From: a virus
Taxonomy: Duplodnaviria > Caudoviricetes
Length of the DNA: 37,490 nt
IMG/VR virus record: IMGVR_UViG_3300030334_000096
Span: 1 to 37,490 of that record
Strand: one strand, 5' to 3'
Part shown: in pieces, positions 1 through 6,442 of the stretch
How the letters are laid out: each line of letters starts with the position of its first letter
How positions within the stretch are numbered: the first letter of the stretch is position 1
Position numbers and translations under genes: made by a program
Notes under the pieces: generated by a model
What the model was told of the DNA's origin: nothing
Database searches by the model: none
The model's input: the letters and a program-made list of their open reading frames with translations, nothing else

Positions 1-264
1 ATGACTGATCGTCAAGTCACTGCCACTGGCAAAGACACAGATGGTGATATCACTAAGCTTTGTAAGTCGGGTGAGTGGTGGTCGCCACGTAGCAAAGCAG
101 ACGCTATCAGGGATATTGAGATGGGCTTCAACACTTACTACGTGAAGGATAAAGCGGGAAACCGTGCAGACATTCACGTAGTGACCGTGGGGTCAAAAAA
201 ACACCTAAGGACCTCAGCTGACGCATCATCCGCTAATAATTTGGATAACTTGCCTGACTGCTAA
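1..264 (+). CDS. DUF3892-like small protein (accessory/moron)
   Basis: 87 aa with 'AIRDIE...YYV...IHVV...KHLRT.AD....NNLDNLPDC', the pattern I recognise as DUF3892; start may be at the window edge. Confidence 0.75.
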   Translation: MTDRQVTATGKDTDGDITKLCKSGEWWSPRSKADAIRDIEMGFNTYYVKDKAGNRADIHVVTVGSKKHLRTSADASSANNLDNLPDC

Positions 265-297
265 TAAGATTTTGTGGGCTTGGTTCAGCTACATGTC

Positions 298-326
298 TTG
301 CACAGTGTGCCTGAAATAGCTAAGCT
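298..326 (+). promoter_or_regulatory. putative sigma70 late promoter (pR'-like)
   Basis: TTGCAC (298-303), 17 bp spacer, TAAGCT (321-326); followed closely by a terminator and then the lysis genes. Confidence 0.5.
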
Positions 327-343
327 AATCCCATTATCTAATT

Positions 344-937
344 TTGCGCCTCGGCTTTGCCGGGGCGTTTTGCTATGAGGCCCTGCGAGTGCCGCCGTTG
401 CTGCCAGAGTACCTGACGGAAACTGTTCAAGTGGTCGTGCAGTCTCTTCCAACTGACTGGGAGGCTGTTCGCTTCTCCGCACTATGGAACGGCGTTGGAG
501 CAGGTGTAGGGGCAGGTGTGGGTGCGCTCATTGGTGGGGCTCTGAGCTATTTTGCTACGGTTAAGGCAAATTTTAGATTCGAGCGAAGCAAAAAAGCTGC
601 ACAGATATGTGCATTGGCCAAGCACTGTAAAGAAGAATTATATGAGTTAGATTTAAAGCGAGCCATGAATGCTGCATTAACAAGGCCTGTTTTTATAATG
701 CGAACTGAGGTGGAGGATTATAAAAAATACCTTGACCAACTTGTATTATTGATCGAGCTACATTTCCCTGATGATGAGTCATTAACTTACAATCTTTCTA
801 AAGATGCTCGTAAGCTTTTCGATGTTAGGGCCACCGAGCCTATCTCTCAGAATCCAGAAAGTGCATGTGAACGTCGGAGTGATCTGGAACGTCGTTTAGA
901 GTGTATTTCTAACCGTTTCAAAAGAGAGATTACATAA
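344..937 (+). CDS. hypothetical membrane-anchored protein (moron); true start probably downstream of 371
   Basis: Open frame with a Gly-rich hydrophobic segment (GVGAGVGAGVGALIGGALSYFA) and an AT-rich 3' half; the annotated TTG start overlaps the terminator. Confidence 0.55.
   Translation: MRLGFAGAFCYEALRVPPLLPEYLTETVQVVVQSLPTDWEAVRFSALWNGVGAGVGAGVGALIGGALSYFATVKANFRFERSKKAAQICALAKHCKEELYELDLKRAMNAALTRPVFIMRTEVEDYKKYLDQLVLLIELHFPDDESLTYNLSKDARKLFDVRATEPISQNPESACERRSDLERRLECISNRFKREIT
346..371 (+). terminator. intrinsic terminator (tR'-like)
   Basis: GCGCCTCGGC-TTT-GCCGGGGCGT followed by T residues. Confidence 0.55.
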
Positions 938-973
938 ATCTAAACTACTGTCGGGAGACAGCAGGCACCCACT

Positions 974-1600
974 ATGACTACCTCCCTCAAGCAGCGGCTG
1001 GTCGCCTCGGTCATTGACCGAGAGGGCGGCTACGTCAATCACTCGTCTGATCGTGGCGGCCCTACCAATTACGGCATTACCGTTGCTGTCGCTCGAGAAA
1101 ACGGCTACTACGGCGATATGCGAGAGCTGCCCAAGTCGCTGGCCGTGCGTATCTATGAGGCCCGCTACTGGACGAGCATTCGCCTCAACTGCATTGCACC
1201 GATCAGCGCCACACTGGCCGAATACCTTTTCGATTTTGGTGTTCACTCTGGCCCAGGTCGATCAGCCAAAGAGCTGCAGCGCACGCTTAACGTGCTGAAC
1301 AATCGCGGCCAGCTGTTTGCCGACCTCAAAGAAGACGGTGCCGTCGGCCCCGCTACGCTCAATGCGCTTGACGCTTTCCGCAAGGCCCGGGGCGGTGCTG
1401 GTCTTTATGTGCTGGCTGAGTCTATCAATGGCGTCCGCATTGCCTTCTGCCGTGGCCTCGCTGAGCGGGACGAGCGACAAGAGGACTTCGCCTACGGGTG
1501 GTTTAAGCGCGTCGTCAATTTACGCAACGAGGTAGAAAGCGACCAGGCAGACCGCTTGGTAGCGACGCTATACAGCGAGATCGCGGCGGAGGTGGCCTGA
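974..1600 (+). CDS. endolysin, glycoside hydrolase family 108 with peptidoglycan-binding domain
   Basis: 'REGGYVNHSSDRGGPTNYGIT' GH108 motif; C-terminal 'DGAVGPATL...F.YGWFKR' PG-binding region. Confidence 0.93.
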   Translation: MTTSLKQRLVASVIDREGGYVNHSSDRGGPTNYGITVAVARENGYYGDMRELPKSLAVRIYEARYWTSIRLNCIAPISATLAEYLFDFGVHSGPGRSAKELQRTLNVLNNRGQLFADLKEDGAVGPATLNALDAFRKARGGAGLYVLAESINGVRIAFCRGLAERDERQEDFAYGWFKRVVNLRNEVESDQADRLVATLYSEIAAEVA

Positions 1601-1905
1601 TGGCCCAGGAGCGCGACGTGAAACCCTCCGTATTCGAGCGGCATATGCAGACAGGAATTCAAGTGCTGCTGGTGGCACTGATTATTTGGGCCGGTACCCA
1701 GCTTGTGAAGCTCGGCCAGCAATCGGTTGTTCTCGAAGAACGACTGACTACTCAAGGTCTGATGCTTCAAGAGTTACGCCAAGAGCTCAAAAGCTGGGGT
1801 GACACTTACTACCGAGCTACCGACGCCCGCCGCGAGCTTGATCAGATTGAAACCCGCATCGACAACCTGAATAGCCGTGTATCGGCGCTGGAAGGTGGAC
1901 TGTGA
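1600..1905 (+). CDS. lysis-cassette membrane protein (single TM plus coiled coil)
   Basis: TM 'IQVLLVALIIWAG' then heptad-like coiled coil; translationally coupled between endolysin and holin. Confidence 0.65.
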   Translation: MAQERDVKPSVFERHMQTGIQVLLVALIIWAGTQLVKLGQQSVVLEERLTTQGLMLQELRQELKSWGDTYYRATDARRELDQIETRIDNLNSRVSALEGGL

Positions 1906-2345
1906 ACCTCATTACCAAAGCGCTGAGCGCCATTACCGGCCCGCTATTCAGCGTGATCGATAAAGCGGTGACAGATAAAGACGAAGCCAACCGGCTCAAA
2001 TCTGAGATTCAGTCGCAGCTCATTGAGTCGCAAGACTCGCTGCTCAAGGCTCAGATGCAGATCATCTTGGCCGAAGCGCAGGGCGAGAGCTGGTTGCAAC
2101 GCAACTGGCGGCCGCTGCTGATGATCGTGATCGTTGCTGTGATTGCGAACAACTATTTGCTGGCCCCTTACCTTGGCGCGATCTTCGGCGTGGGGCTGCA
2201 GCTAGATCTTCCAGAGCGGCTATGGGACTTGATGACTATCGGTGTCGGCGGTTACGTCACCGGTCGCACGGTGGAGAAGGGCATTAGCTCATGGCAGCAA
2301 GGCAAGGCGCAGTCAGGCCTCTACCGTGAAGCTGACACTAAGTAA
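1902..2345 (+). CDS. 3TM-type holin (GTA holin-like)
   Basis: 'ESWLQRNWRPLLM' and 'LWDLMTIGVGGYVTGRTVEK' motifs typical of this holin family; next to the endolysin. Confidence 0.85.
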   Translation: MNLITKALSAITGPLFSVIDKAVTDKDEANRLKSEIQSQLIESQDSLLKAQMQIILAEAQGESWLQRNWRPLLMIVIVAVIANNYLLAPYLGAIFGVGLQLDLPERLWDLMTIGVGGYVTGRTVEKGISSWQQGKAQSGLYREADTK

Positions 2346-2451
2346 GCGTATTGAAGCGTGGCTACGGCTGCGCTGGGTTATCGCCGTGTTTCTGCTGTCT
2401 GGGTACTGGCACTACAAGCACCGCAAACACTTCGTGAGGAAGTCGAGATGA
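2326..2451 (+). CDS. possible 41-aa membrane peptide
   Basis: GTG start, hydrophobic core (WLRLRWVIAVFLLSGYW) and basic tail; stop overlaps the next ATG (ATGA). Confidence 0.35.
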   Translation: MKLTLSKRIEAWLRLRWVIAVFLLSGYWHYKHRKHFVRKSR

Positions 2452-2987
2452 GTAAAGAAACAGGCATTAACGGGCCAACAATCACGGTTGACCATATCAA
2501 TAGCGTGATCGTAGACGAGCAGTACCACGTATTCGCAGGCACCACCCTGACCGTATGTGTCCTAACACTGCGTAATGGTTTCACGGTGACCGGGGAAAGC
2601 GCGTGTGTGGATCCTGCCAACTTCGATGCTGAGAAGGGGCGCCATTACGCTCGGGAGCAAGCGTTCGGGAAAATCTGGATGCTTGAAGGCTATCTGCTCC
2701 GAGACCAGCTTCACCAGTCCGCGGCTACTGCGCCTGTTCCCATTGAGGGCAAGCCTGGCTTCATGACATATCAAGGCAAGCCAACCACCCGGGATGCATA
2801 CTGCGTGCAGCCAGGCGATGTCATTGAGAGTGCAGGCGAGGCCACTTATCGCACCGTGATCGAAGGCAAGGCGGTGGAGTTCAAGGCTTACGAGCAGGTA
2901 AATGTGGGTGATTACATCGTCTATCTCACTGACAGCGATATCTACCATTGCCGAGCCGATGTGTTCCACGAGCGAAATATTGTTTAA
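2448..2987 (+). CDS. Phage_gp49_66 (N4 Gp49/Sf6 gp66) family protein fused to a second small domain
   Basis: 'TLTVCVLTLRNGFTVTGESACVDPANFDAEKG...IWMLEGYLL' is the Gp49 family signature; real start taken as ATG 2448; extra C-terminal domain ending 'GDYIVYL...YHCRADVFHERN'. Confidence 0.85.
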   Translation: MSKETGINGPTITVDHINSVIVDEQYHVFAGTTLTVCVLTLRNGFTVTGESACVDPANFDAEKGRHYAREQAFGKIWMLEGYLLRDQLHQSAATAPVPIEGKPGFMTYQGKPTTRDAYCVQPGDVIESAGEATYRTVIEGKAVEFKAYEQVNVGDYIVYLTDSDIYHCRADVFHERNIV

Positions 2988-2992
2988 CACTC

Positions 2993-3110
2993 TCGCTGTG
3001 AAGCGACACGCCACGCTGTGAAGCGTTGCACTGGTCGCGCTGTGAAGCGCCACCACCCGGCCATGCCGTGAGGCACCGCCAACCCCGCCGCACGTCGTGA
3101 GACGTCCGGC
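2993..3110 (+). ncRNA. putative structured ncRNA: array of five GUGA-tetraloop hairpins
   Basis: TCGCT-GTGA-AGCGA (2993-3006), ACGCT-GTGA-AGCGT (3013-3026), GCGCT-GTGA-AGCGC (3037-3050), TGCC-GTGA-GGCA (3064-3075), ACGTC-GTGA-GACGT (3092-3105); intergenic, stems covary. Confidence 0.7.
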
Positions 3111-3160
3111 ATCTTTTGATACGCTGTTCCCATAACACTAACTAGAGTGAGGGGAGCAGA

Positions 3161-3424
3161 ATGCACACCAGCAGGGTCGATCATTACCTATCCATTAGTA
3201 CCGCGAACATTCTTAGAAGTAGTGGGCTTGAGCTATCCAGGCCAACCCCAGAGCTTCAGGAGTTGGTGGATACGGATGCTTGGAAGGAGATATTTGGCCT
3301 TGGCCCTAAGAGACGTGATGAGCTAAGCCATGCACTCACCTCAGCTCGACAGCGGACTCATAAAAGCATTGAGGCCGCAATTGAGCTTCTGGAAGAGCAT
3401 GGCTATACCGTGAATCCGCCTTAA
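3161..3424 (+). CDS. hypothetical protein
   Basis: 87-aa ORF with a good SD (GAGGGGAG) before the ATG. Confidence 0.6.
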   Translation: MHTSRVDHYLSISTANILRSSGLELSRPTPELQELVDTDAWKEIFGLGPKRRDELSHALTSARQRTHKSIEAAIELLEEHGYTVNPP

Positions 3425-3456
3425 GAGTATGTCCTATATGATTGGCGAGTTGTAAT

Positions 3457-3484
3457 CACTGGAGCGTCTGGCGACGCTCCAGTG
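3457..3484. terminator. perfect 12-bp hairpin between convergent genes
   Basis: CACTGGAGCGTC-TGGC-GACGCTCCAGTG. Confidence 0.55.
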
Positions 3485-3489
3485 TTCAT

Positions 3490-4098
3490 TCATTGATGTG
3501 TGCTTTCTGTAAGATATTTAACCGCCTTTTTTACCATTATTTCCTTGTGAAAGTTTTTTAGTGATACCATAAATGGGAAAAGTATTATTGAGTAAAATAA
3601 TGTAGCTATGAAAACTTTTGTTAGATCGATGTCATTGAAGGTGTAGCTCATCATAGCAGGTGTTAAAAAGTAAAAATTCAATGCGAAAAATGAAAATGCC
3701 AGAAATAAGAATATAGCATTGATTTTAAAAGATTTTTTTTCAATAAAATTTACCGGTTCCTTTTTTTTAAATAAGCTGTTGAACCCACTTATTTCAACTT
3801 TGTGTGGTGCAATTCTATAAAATTCTAGTATTTTTGGGGAGTTGGCTTTTTTAAGTGCTAATAGCAGGCATTGTGCATTCGCTTCAAAACCGGTTAAGTC
3901 GTAAAAGTTATGCATGATTACGCCGAATTTTTTGCTTGATATATCTATGTCTTCTTCGCTTGCATATAGATCGATGATTCTGTTTTTGATTTCTTGATCT
4001 ATTTTTTTTTGATTATGCTGAAGGTTTTTATTTGCAACATAATAGGCCATTGCTACACCTAGAAGCGGTAAAATACTTTTAAGTAAATCGTTCATCAT
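3490..4098 (-). CDS. AT-rich membrane protein (moron, opposite strand)
   Basis: 202 aa with about 3 hydrophobic segments; visibly much lower GC than flanks; AAGGGA SD. Confidence 0.7.
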   Translation of the reverse strand: MMNDLLKSILPLLGVAMAYYVANKNLQHNQKKIDQEIKNRIIDLYASEEDIDISSKKFGVIMHNFYDLTGFEANAQCLLLALKKANSPKILEFYRIAPHKVEISGFNSLFKKKEPVNFIEKKSFKINAIFLFLAFSFFALNFYFLTPAMMSYTFNDIDLTKVFIATLFYSIILFPFMVSLKNFHKEIMVKKAVKYLTESTHQ

Positions 4099-4201
4099 AT
4101 CCCTTGCTAGTTGAATAAGTTAGATGTGGCCTCTATTAGGCATCCGAATTATACATTTTTTTTGATCATGGAGGCGCTGCCAGCAATGGCGGCGTTTTTT
4201 T

Positions 4202-4804
4202 ATGGCGAAAAGACACGATTGGGAGCTGATCGAGCGGGAATATCGCACTGGTCGTTTTTCGCTGGCCCAGCTAGAGGCACGGCACAACGTGAACCGCTCG
4301 AATATCAGCCGCCGTGCCAAGAAGTACGGCTGGAAGAAGGATCTCAGCGGGCGCGTGCGTGAGCGCACCCAGGAGAAAATAGCCCGCGTATCGCTGCCGC
4401 CAGAAGCCCAAGAGGCGCTGGACGAGCAAGACGACGCCATCATCGAGTTTGCGGCGAATGAGAACGCCGCCGTAGTGAAAGGGCACCGCAGCACACTAGA
4501 GCGCTGGCGAGGCATTACAAACCGCTACGCCGAGATCCTGGAAGAGCAGGTTGAGAAAGGCACCATCGTTGTAGATGTGCCCACTGGCGGTACCGTTGAA
4601 GTAGATGTGCCGCTGGATTATGTCGGCAAGTGTCTAGGCTTCGGCACCCAAGCGCTTGAGCGCGTGGTCAAGTTGGAGCGCCAAAATTACGGCCTCGACT
4701 TGAAAGAGAGCGACGACGACAAGGCACCAGAAGCTGAGCTCACCGACGATGAGCTAGAGGCGCGCATCGCCAAACTTCAGCAGCAGGTGGGCGGTGAGCA
4801 ATGA
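4202..4804 (+). CDS. terS: terminase small subunit
   Basis: N-terminal HTH 'DWELIEREYRTG..SLAQL...HNV...NISRRAKKYGW'; directly upstream of the terminase ATPase. Confidence 0.8.
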   Translation: MAKRHDWELIEREYRTGRFSLAQLEARHNVNRSNISRRAKKYGWKKDLSGRVRERTQEKIARVSLPPEAQEALDEQDDAIIEFAANENAAVVKGHRSTLERWRGITNRYAEILEEQVEKGTIVVDVPTGGTVEVDVPLDYVGKCLGFGTQALERVVKLERQNYGLDLKESDDDKAPEAELTDDELEARIAKLQQQVGGEQ

Positions 4805-5510
4805 TAACCGCGCTGCCCGCTTGGCGCTGCTGGCGGCGCTGGAAGAAAAGGCGAGGCGCAAACGCTACAACCTGATACGCGAGCTATTCCCCGATGAAGG
4901 CCCGTATCAGCGTGAGCTGTACGGCAAGCACTTAGAGTTTTTCCGGGCAGGCAAGTATCACAAAGAGCGCCTGTTCATGGCCGGTAACCGCGTAGGCAAG
5001 ACGATTGCCGGTGGTGGCGAGATGACCTACCACCTCACTGGCGAGTACCCGCACTGGTGGGAGGGACGCACGTTCGATAAGCCAATCACTGCACTGGCTG
5101 CAGGCGATACCAGCCAAACCACCCGCGACATTATCCAGAGCAAGCTACTCGGCGGCCTTTGGAATACCGACGAGTTCGGCAGCGGCCTGATACCACGCGA
5201 CAAGCTAGGCAAGCCGACGCCTGCCCGGGGCGTTGCCAACCTATACGAAGAGATCAATGTCAGCCACGCCAGCGGCGGTACCAGCCGATTGATGCTCCGC
5301 AGCTATGACCAGGGCCGACGAATATTCCAGGGCACCGAGCAGGACGTGGTCTGGCTCGATGAGGAAGTACCCAAGGACGTATACGACGAGGCGCTGATCC
5401 GCACGATGACCACACGCGGCATTGTGATGATGACCTTTACGCCCCTGTCTGGCCTCACGGAGCTGGTGGTGTCGTTTCTCGAATCCAAACACGAGCAGGA
5501 GCCGGTATGA
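4794..5510 (+). CDS. terL: terminase large subunit, N-terminal ATPase half (P22 gp2-like)
   Basis: Walker A 'AGNRVGKT', Walker B 'VVWLDEE', coupling motif 'TFTP'; ends at TGA 5510. Confidence 0.9.
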   Translation: MSNDNRAARLALLAALEEKARRKRYNLIRELFPDEGPYQRELYGKHLEFFRAGKYHKERLFMAGNRVGKTIAGGGEMTYHLTGEYPHWWEGRTFDKPITALAAGDTSQTTRDIIQSKLLGGLWNTDEFGSGLIPRDKLGKPTPARGVANLYEEINVSHASGGTSRLMLRSYDQGRRIFQGTEQDVVWLDEEVPKDVYDEALIRTMTTRGIVMMTFTPLSGLTELVVSFLESKHEQEPV

Positions 5511-5728
5511 CCGACCCCATCCAATGCGAATATCTCGCCGCGAGCGTCAGCACCAAGTACCAGGAGCGCACCACGGCTGCAGCCAAGCGCATTGCCGACC
5601 TAGTGAAAGAGCGCGGCATTGAAGGCGGCATGCTGTCAATAAAAGTGGCGCGCATGGTAGACCCGCACGCTAGCACTGGCGATGTGCTGACCATTGCAGG
5701 CGCACAGTTCATGGTAGGTCTGCGTTGA
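5507..5728 (+). CDS. 73-aa hypothetical protein inserted between the two terminase halves
   Basis: AGGAG SD; ATGA overlap with the upstream stop and TTGA overlap with the downstream start. Confidence 0.65.
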   Translation: MTDPIQCEYLAASVSTKYQERTTAAAKRIADLVKERGIEGGMLSIKVARMVDPHASTGDVLTIAGAQFMVGLR

Positions 5729-6441
5729 GCCGCTATGTCGTACAAGCGGGCTGGAAAGATGCTCCGCACCTCAAGCAAGAGGATATCGACGATATGGCCA
5801 AGGGCATTAGCCCTCACCAGCTCGAAGCGCGCATGAACGGTATTCCGACCCTAGGAAGTGGCGCCATATTCCCGGTACCAGAAGAAGACATTATCTGTGA
5901 TCCATTCCAAATCCCCGGCTGGTGGGCGCGTGCTTATGGCCTCGACGTTGGCTGGAAAAAGACCGCTGCCGTGTGGGGCGCGCTCGACCGAGATACCGAC
6001 ATTCTCTACCTGACCAGCGAGCATTACCGGGGGCAGGCCGAGCCGACCGTTCACGCGAAAGCCATCAAAATGCGCGGCAGCTGGATGCCGGGAATCATCG
6101 ACTACGCAGGCACGAACCAGAGCGACGGCAAGCGCGTGATGACGCTGTACGAAAACGAAGGCCTGAACCTTATCCGTGCTGACAAGAGCGTGGAGGCTGG
6201 GCTGCTGGAAGTGCTGGACCGGTTAAGCACTGGACGCCTGAAAGTGTTCAGCACGCTGCAGCACTGGCTAGGCGAGTACCGGCTGTACCGCCGCGATGAG
6301 AAAGGCCGCGTGGTGAAACAGAACGACCACCTCATGGACGCCACCCGCTACCTAGTGATGAAGCTCCACCACGCCACCACGCGCCCCGTTCAAAATATCG
6401 GCGCAGGCAGCGCCCCCGGCGACTACACGACAGGGTACTAG
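5725..6441 (+). CDS. terL: terminase large subunit, C-terminal lid plus RNase H-like nuclease half
   Basis: 'RYVVQAGWKDAPHL...ARMNG' lid region; 'GLDVGW' and 'DHLMDATRY' nuclease acidic motifs; TTG start after AGGT. Confidence 0.88.
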   Translation: MSRYVVQAGWKDAPHLKQEDIDDMAKGISPHQLEARMNGIPTLGSGAIFPVPEEDIICDPFQIPGWWARAYGLDVGWKKTAAVWGALDRDTDILYLTSEHYRGQAEPTVHAKAIKMRGSWMPGIIDYAGTNQSDGKRVMTLYENEGLNLIRADKSVEAGLLEVLDRLSTGRLKVFSTLQHWLGEYRLYRRDEKGRVVKQNDHLMDATRYLVMKLHHATTRPVQNIGAGSAPGDYTTGY

Positions 6442-6442
6442 C

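Noticed and set aside
2993-3110. CRISPR array or REP/BIME interpretation of the CGCTGTGAAGCG repeats
   Set aside because: Repeats are only 12-14 bp, spacers are 6-16 bp and irregular, stems vary with compensation, and no cas or RAYT gene is present.
5507-5728. Intron, intein or ribosomal bypass in terL
   Set aside because: No group I/II core features were seen, the insert is out of frame so it is not an intein, and there is no suitably placed matching landing codon. SD-like sequences and stop/start overlaps favour three separate genes.
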